Shown: one piece after another, positions 19,707-28,494 of the stretch
How positions within the stretch are numbered: position 1 is the stretch's first letter
How the letters are laid out: the number at the start of each line of letters is the position of its first letter
Source of the DNA: an uncultured Gemmatimonadales bacterium
GTDB lineage: Bacteria > Gemmatimonadota > Gemmatimonadetes > Longimicrobiales > RSA9
NCBI GenBank assembly: GCA_963816355.1
Contig: CAWFKH010000003.1
Location: forward strand, 1,536,001-1,600,000
Direction of reading: 5' to 3'
DNA: 64,000 nt
Made by a program: the position numbers and the translations under genes
Notes under the pieces: model-generated
Seen by the model: the letters and a program-made list of their open reading frames with translations, nothing else
The model's database searches: none
What the model was told of the DNA's origin: nothing

Positions 19707-19867
19707 GGCCGCTTCTACCCTCGTCGCGGCGGGGGGTTCTCGGCGAGCGAGCCGCGCGCGAACGGCGGGCGGACGGAACGGCTGATTGCGCTTCACCCGT
19801 GTCGCGGCTATTCGTGCAGAGCGAATCGACCCGCCGTCCCCACGGCTCGACCTCAGGAGCACACCAC

Positions 19868-21298
19868 ATGTACCGACCCGCGATATCGACGGTATCGGCG
19901 GCTCCCCGCGCGGCATTCGGCGTGCCGCTGCTGGGACTCGCCCTCCTCGCCGGACCTCTTCTCGCGCAGCAGCAACAGCAGCAGCGGACTCCGCCACTGC
20001 CGATCGCGACGTTCACGCTCGACAACGGTCTTCGCTTCATCGTGAGCGAGGACCATTCGACACCGATCGTCGCGGTGAACGTCTACTACTACGTGGGCAG
20101 CGGTCGCGAGCGCGCGGGTCGATCCGGCTTCGCCCACCTGTTCGAGCACATGCTCTTCCAGGAGACGAAGCACCTCGACAAGGGCGAGTTCAACCGCCAG
20201 ATCACGCAGGCGGGCGGCACGTCCAACGGCACCACGAGCGAGGACCGCACGATGTACTTCGAGATCGTGCCGTCGAACCGCCTCAACCTCGCGCTGTGGA
20301 TGGAGGCGGACCGGCTGGCGAACCTCGTCGTCACGGACGCGAACTTCAAGCGCGAGCGCGAGGTCGTGAAGGAGGAGCGCCGGCTCCGTGTCGAGAATCA
20401 GCCCTACGCCGGGTCGATCCTCCGGCTCGACACGCTCGCCACGGACTACCCGCCCTACAAGCACACGGTCATCGGGAGCATGGATGACCTGAACGCCGCG
20501 ACGGCGGAGGACGTCCGCACGTTCCACGACGAGTACTACGTGCCGAACAACGCCACGATCGCGCTCGTCGGCGACGTCACGTTGGACGAGGTGAAGCAGA
20601 TGGCGCAGAAGTACTTCGCCTGGATCCCGCGCGGCGCCGCGGTCGGCCCGCTGCCCCCGCCGACGCCGACTCCGCACGCGGGCGAGGAGCGGCGGCTGCG
20701 GGTGGAGGACAGGATGGCGAACCTGCCGCTCTACTACGCGGCCTACGCCATTCCGCCTCACAGCGCGCACGACACCTACGCGCTCGATCTGCTGTCGAAG
20801 ATCTTCAGCCAGGGCGAGTCGAGCCGTCTCAACCAGCGCCTCGTCAAGCAGGAGAAGGCGGCGGTCCAGGTCTTCTCCGGGCTCAACAGCCGCTACGGAC
20901 CGGGCGCCCTCGTCTTCGGCGCGCTGCCGAACCAGGGCGTGCCGATCGAGCGGATCGAGTCGTTGATCGACGACGAGATCCAGAAGCTCGAGACGGACGG
21001 GGTGACGGAGCGTGAGCTGCAGAAGGCGAAGAACCAGACGCTCGCGGACCAGGTCCGGCAGCGCTCGACCGTTCTCTCGAAGAGCGTCGAGCTGCAGCAG
21101 GCGTTGTTCCTCGAGGGCGACGCCTCCGCCGTGAACCGCGACCTGCAGCAGTACATGGACGTCACGGTTCAGGACATCGTGGACGTGGCGCGCAAGTACC
21201 TCGTGCCGGGCAACCGGTCCGTCCTCATCACCGTTCCCGCCGGCGAGAAGGCCGACGCGTCGCCGGCGAAGGACGCCAGCGGAAAGGAGGCGCGCTGA
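19868..21298 (+). CDS. Secreted M16B zinc peptidase, catalytic half
   Basis: Signal peptide, HLFEH (HxxEH) motif and EREVVKEERR; AGGAG RBS. Confidence 0.92.
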   Translation: MYRPAISTVSAAPRAAFGVPLLGLALLAGPLLAQQQQQQRTPPLPIATFTLDNGLRFIVSEDHSTPIVAVNVYYYVGSGRERAGRSGFAHLFEHMLFQETKHLDKGEFNRQITQAGGTSNGTTSEDRTMYFEIVPSNRLNLALWMEADRLANLVVTDANFKREREVVKEERRLRVENQPYAGSILRLDTLATDYPPYKHTVIGSMDDLNAATAEDVRTFHDEYYVPNNATIALVGDVTLDEVKQMAQKYFAWIPRGAAVGPLPPPTPTPHAGEERRLRVEDRMANLPLYYAAYAIPPHSAHDTYALDLLSKIFSQGESSRLNQRLVKQEKAAVQVFSGLNSRYGPGALVFGALPNQGVPIERIESLIDDEIQKLETDGVTERELQKAKNQTLADQVRQRSTVLSKSVELQQALFLEGDASAVNRDLQQYMDVTVQDIVDVARKYLVPGNRSVLITVPAGEKADASPAKDASGKEAR

Positions 21299-23445
21299 TG
21301 CGTGCGACCACTCTCGCGAGCCTGTCCCTCGCAGCGCTGCTCGCCGCCTGCGCTTCCTCCGCGGCCTCCAACGAAGCGCCGGCCGCCGCGCCGAAGCCCA
21401 CGCCCGCGCCCGCTTCGCTCTCCGGGGGCGGCCTGCCGGCCGAGCCGCCGGCGCCGCTGCCGCTCGAACCGACGAGGTTTCCGCCGTTCCAGGAGCTGAC
21501 GCTCGCCAGCGGCGCCCGCGTCATCGTGGTCGAGAACCACGAACAGCCGTACGTCTCCGTGAACCTGCGGATCGAGAACGGGGACGCCGCAGACCCCGCG
21601 AGCGAGGCGGGCCTGGCGCAGATGACCGCCGACCTGCTGGACAAGGGCACGAAGACGCGCGACGCCCGGGAGATCGCGCAGGCGGTCGACTTCGACGGCT
21701 CCACGCTGTCGGCCGCCTCCAGCCCGGACTGGACGAGCATCACGCTCGGCACGCTGACCGACCATCTCGACAGCGGCCTCGACTTGCTCGCCGACGTCGT
21801 GATGAATCCGACGTTCCCCCAGGACGAGCTGGAGACCGAGCGCAAGCGCACCCTCTCCACGCTTCAGGTCGCGCAGAGCCAGCCCGCCTTCCTCGCCCAG
21901 CGCCGCTTCATGCGCGAGGTCTACGGCGCCCATCCGTACGGCGTCTCCGCCACGCCGACCACCGTCAAGGCGATCGACCGCGACGCCGTGCTCGCCTTCC
22001 ACGACCGCTACTACACGCCCTCGAACGCGCTCTTCGTGGTCGCGGGCGACGTGCACGCCGACGACGTCGTCGCCCGTCTCAACCGCCGCTTCGGCGGCTG
22101 GGCGAAGGGGACCGCGCCCACCGTCGCCATGCCCGCTCCGCCCGCCCAGAGCGTCCGGCGGCTGGTCTTCGTCGACAAGCCGGGGTCGGTGCAGGCCGTG
22201 ATGCGCGTCGGCCACCTGCTGCCGCCGGCGAGCAGCCGCGACTGGATCGGGCTCGACGTCATGAACCAGGTCCTCGGCGGCGGCGTCTCCGGCTGGCTCT
22301 TTCAGCAACTGCGCGAAGAGAAGGGTTATACCTACGGCGCCTACTCGAGCGCCACGGAGAACCAGGGGCCCGGCTACTTCCTGGCGACGGCCGAGGTCCG
22401 CAACGAGGTCGCCGACAGCGCGCTCGCCGGCCTCCTCGCCCTCCTCGAGCAGATGCGCTCGGAGGCGGTGCCGCAGCCCGACCTCGACGCGGCGAAGGCG
22501 TTCATGACCGGCTCCTTCCCGCTCCGCATCGAGACGCCCACGCAGGTCGCCGGTCAGGTCGCCACGACGATCCTCCTCGGCCGCCCCGCCGACTACCTGC
22601 AGACATACCGCCAGCGCGTCGCCGCGACCACCGCCGCGGACGTGCAGCGCAGCGCCCGCCAGTACCTGCACCCGGATCGCTCCGTCATCGTCGTCGTCGG
22701 CGACGCGTCGAAGATCCTCGACAGCCTCACGCCGCTGGCCGACTCCGTCGAGCTCTACGACATCTCCGGAAAGCCGCTGTCGCGCGCCGAGCTCTCCGCC
22801 GCTGCGCAGCCGACGCCGCTCGATGTCGACGCGTCGGCCTTCGCGCCGCGTACGACCACCTACCAGATCCTCTTCCAGGGAAATCCGGTGGGCGAGTCGT
22901 CCACCGTCGTCACGCGCGAGCAACGCGGCGGCCGCGCCGTCGTGCACGCGACGACGACGCTGAAGGCGGGACCCGGCCAGACCCAGGAGGTCGTCTTCGA
23001 TCCCGTGGGCTTCGTGCCGATCTCCGCCACGGCCACCGGGCCCGCCTCCATGCAGCTCGACGTCGCGAACGGCCGCATCACCGGCACCATCACCGCCATG
23101 GGCAAGGTGGACACGGTCGACGTCGCCTACCAACCCGGTACGCTGCTGCCCGGGATGGACCCCTTCGCGGTCGCCGGCGCCGACCTCGCATCCGACGGCA
23201 AGGTCCGCTTCCAGCTGCTCTCGCCACGAACCGGCGGCACCGCCCTCACCACCGCCACCGTCGCGGGCGACACCACGCTCAGCGTCCCCGCCGGCACGTT
23301 CGATGTCTACCGCCTCGATCTCAGCGGGCCGCAGCCAGCCACGCTCTTCGTCCGCAAGAAGGCGCCGCACCTCGTCATCCGCCAGGAGCTCGCCGCGCCG
23401 CCGATCGTCCTGGAGCTGAAGTCGTTGACCGAAGGCGGACCGTGA
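21298..23445 (+). CDS. M16B peptidase partner subunit; lipoprotein with extra C-terminal beta-rich domain
   Basis: Lipobox LLAAC; no HxxEH; LREEKGYTYG motif; about 210-aa C-terminal extension. Confidence 0.88.
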   Translation: MRATTLASLSLAALLAACASSAASNEAPAAAPKPTPAPASLSGGGLPAEPPAPLPLEPTRFPPFQELTLASGARVIVVENHEQPYVSVNLRIENGDAADPASEAGLAQMTADLLDKGTKTRDAREIAQAVDFDGSTLSAASSPDWTSITLGTLTDHLDSGLDLLADVVMNPTFPQDELETERKRTLSTLQVAQSQPAFLAQRRFMREVYGAHPYGVSATPTTVKAIDRDAVLAFHDRYYTPSNALFVVAGDVHADDVVARLNRRFGGWAKGTAPTVAMPAPPAQSVRRLVFVDKPGSVQAVMRVGHLLPPASSRDWIGLDVMNQVLGGGVSGWLFQQLREEKGYTYGAYSSATENQGPGYFLATAEVRNEVADSALAGLLALLEQMRSEAVPQPDLDAAKAFMTGSFPLRIETPTQVAGQVATTILLGRPADYLQTYRQRVAATTAADVQRSARQYLHPDRSVIVVVGDASKILDSLTPLADSVELYDISGKPLSRAELSAAAQPTPLDVDASAFAPRTTTYQILFQGNPVGESSTVVTREQRGGRAVVHATTTLKAGPGQTQEVVFDPVGFVPISATATGPASMQLDVANGRITGTITAMGKVDTVDVAYQPGTLLPGMDPFAVAGADLASDGKVRFQLLSPRTGGTALTTATVAGDTTLSVPAGTFDVYRLDLSGPQPATLFVRKKAPHLVIRQELAAPPIVLELKSLTEGGP

Positions 23446-23473
23446 GCCGGGGACCCGCCGCCCGCTCGGCCTT

Positions 23474-24667
23474 CTAGCGGGCGAGGGCGAACCGCATGCC
23501 GGGAAGCTGACGGGCCGCCCCCGTCAGCTCCAGCTCGAGGAGGGCGGCGAGCGCCTCCGAGGCCGCCACGCCGCACCTCTGCGCGATGTCGTCGACGTGG
23601 CGCGGGTCCGGCTCCAGCTCCGCCAGGAGCCGGGCCGCCGGACCCGCGATCCCCGCCGCGTCGGCCGCCCGCACCGGCGCCATGGACGCGGCGGATCGCG
23701 TCGCACCGCCCCCTCCAACCGATCCGCCCCCTCCAACCGATCCGTCCGACCCGACCGATCCGTCCGGCCGCCCGCCGCGCCGCGGGCCGGACGGCGCCGG
23801 CAGCTTCAGCTCCTCGAGCACGTCGCGGGCCGACTCGACCAGGCGAGCGCCGTCGCGGATGAGCGCGTTCGTCCCCGCGCTGGTCGGACGCCCGACGGCT
23901 CCCGGGACCGCGAACACCTCGCAGCCGATCTCGAGCGCGTGCTCGACGGTGTGCAAGGCGCCGCTGCGCTCGCCGGCCTCGACCACGATCACGCCCCTCA
24001 CGAGCGCGGCGATGATCCGGTTGCGGCGCGGGAAATGGGGTCCGAACGCCGGAGCACCCGGATCGAACTCGGTGAGGAGAAGCCCCTCGCGCGCGATGCG
24101 CTCGTGCAGCCGGGCGTGCTCGGGCGGATAGGCGACGTCGATCCCCGTCCCCAGCACGGCGATCGTGCCGCCGCACTCGAGTGCGCCCAGGTGGGCCTGC
24201 AGGTCTATGCCGCGCGCGAGGCCGCTCACCACCACGACGCCGGCCCGCGCGAGGTCCCTTCCGAGCATGTGCGCCACGTCGGCGCCGTACTCGGTGTGCC
24301 GGCGGGAGCCGACGATCGCCACGGCGGCCCCTTCGAGCAGCTCCGTGCGGCCCGCGGTGAAGAGCACCGCGGGCGGCTGGGCGAGGCGGTGCAGCCGCGC
24401 GGGGTAGTCCGGCTCTCCCTCCAGAAGGACGCGGACGTCGGAGTTCCGCAGCCGCTCGACCGCGACGCGCGCGCCATCGGCGGCGCGGCGGGAGCCGCGA
24501 GCGGCGGCCGCGCGGGTTCCCAGCTCCCGGGCCGACGCGCGCTCGAGCGCGACGGAGGGTGTAGCGTAGCGCGCGAGCAGCATGCGCAGCCGCGCGTCGC
24601 CGATCCCGGGCAGGGCGCGCAGGTGGAGGAGCGCGCGCAGATCGGCGTCGCTCAGCGTCGTGTGCAA
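23474..24667 (-). CDS. dprA: DNA-processing protein DprA
   Basis: AIVGSR, VSGLARGID, FPRRNRIIA, VEAGERSGA and a C-terminal winged helix; TTG start inferred. Confidence 0.93.
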   Translation of the reverse strand: MHTTLSDADLRALLHLRALPGIGDARLRMLLARYATPSVALERASARELGTRAAAARGSRRAADGARVAVERLRNSDVRVLLEGEPDYPARLHRLAQPPAVLFTAGRTELLEGAAVAIVGSRRHTEYGADVAHMLGRDLARAGVVVVSGLARGIDLQAHLGALECGGTIAVLGTGIDVAYPPEHARLHERIAREGLLLTEFDPGAPAFGPHFPRRNRIIAALVRGVIVVEAGERSGALHTVEHALEIGCEVFAVPGAVGRPTSAGTNALIRDGARLVESARDVLEELKLPAPSGPRRGGRPDGSVGSDGSVGGGGSVGGGGATRSAASMAPVRAADAAGIAGPAARLLAELEPDPRHVDDIAQRCGVAASEALAALLELELTGAARQLPGMRFALAR

Positions 24668-24674
24668 CGTCCGC

Positions 24675-25712
24675 TCACGGCCGCCACGTCTCCTCCTCCG
24701 TGTCGAGCGCGGCCGCAGCCGCAGCGTCCGCGTCCAGGCTCGAGAGGCGTTTCCAGAGGGCTTCCATGAGATCGTCGAGGCGCTTGCGCGCGACCGCCGA
24801 GACGCCGAATTGGCCCCACGCGTCCGGGGCGCCGATGTGAGGGATCGCAGCATCCGGCTCGAGCAGATCGATCTTCGTGACCACCACGCAGTGGGGCTTG
24901 CGGGCGAGCGCCGGCGAATGCGCTTCCACCTCGGCGCGGAGCAGCGCGTATTCCGCGGCCGGATCGGGCGCATCGCAGGGGATCAGGAAGGCGAGGGTCC
25001 GGGTGCGCTCGATGTGGCGCAGGAAGCGCAGTCCGAGGCCCCGTCCCTCGTGCGCGCCTTCGATGATGCCCGGAATGTCCGCCACGACGAAGGAACGGTG
25101 ACCGGAGAGCTGGACGACGCCCAGGTTCGGAGTGAGCGTCGTGAACGGGTAATCCGCCACTTTCGGGCGTGCCGCCGAGACCGCCGCGAGCAGTGTGGAC
25201 TTGCCCGCGTTCGGCTGTCCCACGAGGCCGACGTCCGCGATCAGCTTCAGCTCCAGCGCGATCCGCCTTTGCTCCCCCTCTTCGCCCGGCTCCCACTCAT
25301 GGGGCGTGCGGTGCGTCGGCGTAGCGAAGGCGGCGTTGCCGCGCCCGCCACGGCCGCCGCGCGCGACGACCAGTCGCTGAGCGTTCACGGTCATCTCGCC
25401 GAGCGTATCGCCGCTCTCGACGTCACGGACCACGGTGCCGAGCGGTACGCGCAGCGTCAGGTCAGCGCCGTCACGGCCGGTCCGGTTCTTCCCCTGCCCG
25501 TGCTCGCCGCGCTCCGCGCGATAGGTGCGCTGATAGCTGTAGTCGAGGAGCGTCGCGATCTGGTCGTCCGCGACCAGGATGACGCTGCCGCCGTGGCCGC
25601 CGTCGCCGCCCGAGGGCCCGCCGCGGGGCACGTATTTCTCCCGCCGGAACGCCTCCGCACCCGAACCGCCGACGCCGGCCTCGATCTCGATCTCCACGTA
25701 GTCCACAAACAT
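24675..25712 (-). CDS. obgE: GTPase ObgE/CgtA
   Basis: FRREKYVPRGGPSGGDGG, GQPNAGKS, YPFTT and DIPG motifs. Confidence 0.97.
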   Translation of the reverse strand: MFVDYVEIEIEAGVGGSGAEAFRREKYVPRGGPSGGDGGHGGSVILVADDQIATLLDYSYQRTYRAERGEHGQGKNRTGRDGADLTLRVPLGTVVRDVESGDTLGEMTVNAQRLVVARGGRGGRGNAAFATPTHRTPHEWEPGEEGEQRRIALELKLIADVGLVGQPNAGKSTLLAAVSAARPKVADYPFTTLTPNLGVVQLSGHRSFVVADIPGIIEGAHEGRGLGLRFLRHIERTRTLAFLIPCDAPDPAAEYALLRAEVEAHSPALARKPHCVVVTKIDLLEPDAAIPHIGAPDAWGQFGVSAVARKRLDDLMEALWKRLSSLDADAAAAAALDTEEETWRP

Positions 25713-25716
25713 CGTT

Positions 25717-26370
25717 TCAGTCCGTACCTTCCGCGCGGACAGCGGGTTCTCGATCGCCGGGGGACGCGTTCCCCCGACGCCGCTCGACGACCCGGCGCCA
25801 CGTCTCTCGAACGGCCGACGCGCTCGCCGGCGGCAGTCCCGCGCACGCGAGGTCCACCGTCGCCTCTACCTCCTCGCGCGCCGCACCGGCGTTGAGGGCA
25901 CCGCGCAGGTGCGAGTAGAGCTGCGCCTCGGCATCCTGCCCGGCGAGCAGCGCGACCGTGCACAGCTCCCGGCGCGCCAGCGACAGTCCCTCTCGACCCA
26001 GTACCTTGCCGTATCCGTCCGCCACCATCCAACGCTCCATGTCCGGGTGGAGGCGCGCGATGTTCTCGCGCAGCCGCGCATATTCGCCGCCGTACACCGT
26101 GCCACACACCTCCTCTCCACGGCGCGCCCACAGGCGCGGATCGTCCGGCACCGCCGGCGGCGGCGCGCGTCCGCTGCGGTCGCGCCAGGCGGCGAACGCG
26201 TTCAACGATGCCGGATACCCCAGGAAGAGGTGGCTCTGGAGCAGCAGCTCCTCGACCTCTACCGGATCCGCCTCGGTCGCCGCCGCGTCCAGCGCCGCCT
26301 CGATCCCGTCGCGGTCGCGCCGCCCGAGCGCCACAGCCACCCGGAGCAGCGCACGTGTCGCCTCATCCAA
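25717..26370 (-). CDS. Carboxymuconolactone decarboxylase (CMD/AhpD-like) family protein
   Basis: YGKVLGREGLSLARRELCTVA...HLRGALNAG; TTG start inferred. Confidence 0.8.
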   Translation of the reverse strand: MDEATRALLRVAVALGRRDRDGIEAALDAAATEADPVEVEELLLQSHLFLGYPASLNAFAAWRDRSGRAPPPAVPDDPRLWARRGEEVCGTVYGGEYARLRENIARLHPDMERWMVADGYGKVLGREGLSLARRELCTVALLAGQDAEAQLYSHLRGALNAGAAREEVEATVDLACAGLPPASASAVRETWRRVVERRRGNASPGDREPAVRAEGTD

Positions 26371-27370
26371 GTCGCGCCTCCAGGTCGACGTCCGCCCGGA
26401 TGCGGCCCACCACCTCACCACGCGTGTTCGTCACGTCCGGCTCCGCGTACGCGGACAGCGCCGCCATCTCTTCCTCGCCGAGCACGCCGAGCACGCGCAA
26501 CACGGCGAGGAGCGCGACCTCCGCCGCGCGGCGGGACCCGTCCTCCACCTTGAGCGCGAGACCCAGTTCCGCCCCGGGAACGCCGGCGCAGTACACGCCT
26601 TCCGCGCCGTACTTCGCGAAGATGCGGCCCTCCGTCACCTGCATCAGCGCCGTGCAGAGGCGAGCCTCCCCCGCGATCATGCCCGGGTGGTGCGTCATCG
26701 CGCCAACCACCTGCGCCGCCGCCGGCTCCGCCGTCACCCGCCGGGCCGCCGCGGCGACGCGCGCGAAGGCGCCGGCGAGCGAGCGCAGCGCGACGGCGAA
26801 GGTGACGACGCCGCAGCCGTCGACGCCGGTCCCGATCCCGTCCACCGGGACTTCCGTCCATTGCGATATCGTGCCGAGCATCCGTCGCTGAACCGGGTGC
26901 TTCGCTCGCTCGTACCCGTTCAACGGCCAGCCGTGCATGCTCGCGAGGGCCAGCATCCCCGCGTGTTTCCCGGAGCAGTTGTTGTGCAGCCGCGAGGGCG
27001 CGATCCCCGCCGCCTGCAGCGCCACCGCGGACGGTGCGTGCGTCGGCGCTTGCGGCCCGCACGCCAGCGCCTCAGGCTCGACGCCGATGCGCGCGAGCAT
27101 CGACATCGCCGTCTCGACGTGGCGCGGCTCCCCTCCGTGCGACGCGCACGTCAGCGCGAGCTCCGGCTCGACGAAGCCGAAACGCGCGAGGCCGCCGTCC
27201 TCCACCAGCGGGAGCGCCTGTAGCGGCTTCACCGCTGAACGCGCGAAGACCGGCTCGTCGACGTCGCCCGCGACCGCGCGCAGGTGACCGTCGCCGTCGA
27301 CCACCGCCACGCGCACGCGGTGTCGGGACTCGATCAGTGCGCCGCGCCACACCTCCACGCGCACGCTCAC
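26363..27370 (-). CDS. Asparaginase_II family (Rhizobium AnsA-type) L-asparaginase
   Basis: RSAVKPLQA, CASHGGE, NNCSGKH, DGCG and AKYGAEG motifs. Confidence 0.9.
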   Translation of the reverse strand: MSVRVEVWRGALIESRHRVRVAVVDGDGHLRAVAGDVDEPVFARSAVKPLQALPLVEDGGLARFGFVEPELALTCASHGGEPRHVETAMSMLARIGVEPEALACGPQAPTHAPSAVALQAAGIAPSRLHNNCSGKHAGMLALASMHGWPLNGYERAKHPVQRRMLGTISQWTEVPVDGIGTGVDGCGVVTFAVALRSLAGAFARVAAAARRVTAEPAAAQVVGAMTHHPGMIAGEARLCTALMQVTEGRIFAKYGAEGVYCAGVPGAELGLALKVEDGSRRAAEVALLAVLRVLGVLGEEEMAALSAYAEPDVTNTRGEVVGRIRADVDLEARLG

Positions 27371-27385
27371 TGGCTCACCCCGTGA

Positions 27386-28339
27386 TCATTCAACGGCAGC
27401 GGCTCCTTCGACATGGCGGGACCGGCCATCCGCCTGCCGCGTTCGGACGCCCAGCGCGATTCCCGCCAGCGTGATCGCACCGCCCACGACCGTCTGCACG
27501 GGCGGGCGCTCGGCGATCGCCGGCAGCGCCCACGCGAGCAGCGTCGCCCCCACCGCCTCACCGAGCAGCGCCAGATTCGCGACGTACGCCGGAACGTAGC
27601 GCAGCGCGTAGTTGACGCCGGTGTGACCCAGCATCATCGGACCCAGTGCCAGCAGCGCGAAGACGCCCCAGTCGGAAGGCGCGTACCCGAACAGCGGTGT
27701 CGCCGTTGCGGCTGCGGCGACGAGCAGCGTCGCCGCGGTCACGCCATACACGATCCCGGTGTAGGTCCAGATGCCGAGCCGCGGCCGCAGACGGCGGCCG
27801 ATGACGAAATAGCCCGATCCGAAGAGGGCGCCGGCCAGCGCGAGGCCGTCGCCGAGAAGCGGATCGCGCCCGCGCCCCAGGTCGCCGCCGCCGATCACGA
27901 CCGCGCCCGCGACCGCGACGGCGATGCCGATCCACTGCCGCGGCGTGGGGCGCTCGCGCAGGCCGACCGCGGACAGCGTTCCCACGAAGATCGGCTGCAT
28001 CGAGACGAGGACGACGGAGCTGGCCACGCTCGTGTAGCGGAGCGACGCGATCCAGCTCCAGAAGTGGCCGGCGAGGAGGAGCCCGGCGACGAGCACGAGA
28101 GCGGTGTCGCCGCGTCGCAGCCGCGCCGGCGCGTGCGCCGAGCGCGTCGCGGCGGCCAGGACCCCGACCAGGGCCACCGAGAAGACGAGCCGCCACGCCG
28201 CGATCGCGAGGGCCGGCGCCGCGGTGAAGCGGACGAGCGGCCCGGACCAGCTCACCGCGGCGACCGCGACCGCGAGCGCGAGCGCCGGCGGAACCGCGGG
28301 GCGGCTCGAAGCTCGTCTCTCTCGCGCCCGCTGCGCCAC
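27386..28339 (-). CDS. DMT/EamA family transporter
   Basis: About 10 hydrophobic segments in two EamA repeats; GGAGAGG RBS before GTG 28339. Confidence 0.88.
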   Translation of the reverse strand: MAQRARERRASSRPAVPPALALAVAVAAVSWSGPLVRFTAAPALAIAAWRLVFSVALVGVLAAATRSAHAPARLRRGDTALVLVAGLLLAGHFWSWIASLRYTSVASSVVLVSMQPIFVGTLSAVGLRERPTPRQWIGIAVAVAGAVVIGGGDLGRGRDPLLGDGLALAGALFGSGYFVIGRRLRPRLGIWTYTGIVYGVTAATLLVAAAATATPLFGYAPSDWGVFALLALGPMMLGHTGVNYALRYVPAYVANLALLGEAVGATLLAWALPAIAERPPVQTVVGGAITLAGIALGVRTRQADGRSRHVEGAAAVE

Positions 28340-28397
28340 GGCGCCTCTCCGGACAGGGGTCCTTGCCCGCGCAGCCTGCGCCGATCGGGAAGGAGTT

Positions 28398-28426
28398 AGC
28401 ATGCCCCCCGGGCCACGAGCGTGCAA
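28398..28426 (-). promoter_or_regulatory. Putative sigma70 promoter (TTGCAC-17-CATGCT) for the EamA-asparaginase-CMD-obgE-dprA run
   Basis: Lies just downstream of the ctpA terminator with 17-bp spacing. Confidence 0.45.
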
Positions 28427-28440
28427 GCCTCACCGGCGCG

Positions 28441-28482
28441 AAAAAGGGGACGCCGTGCACGGCGCCCCCCTTCGCCTCCGGT
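28441..28482 (-). terminator. Rho-independent terminator after ctpA
   Basis: Minus strand reads GGGGGCGCCGT-GC-ACGGCGTCCCC followed by TTTTT. Confidence 0.8.
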
Positions 28483-28494
28483 CCCGCCGCGGGA

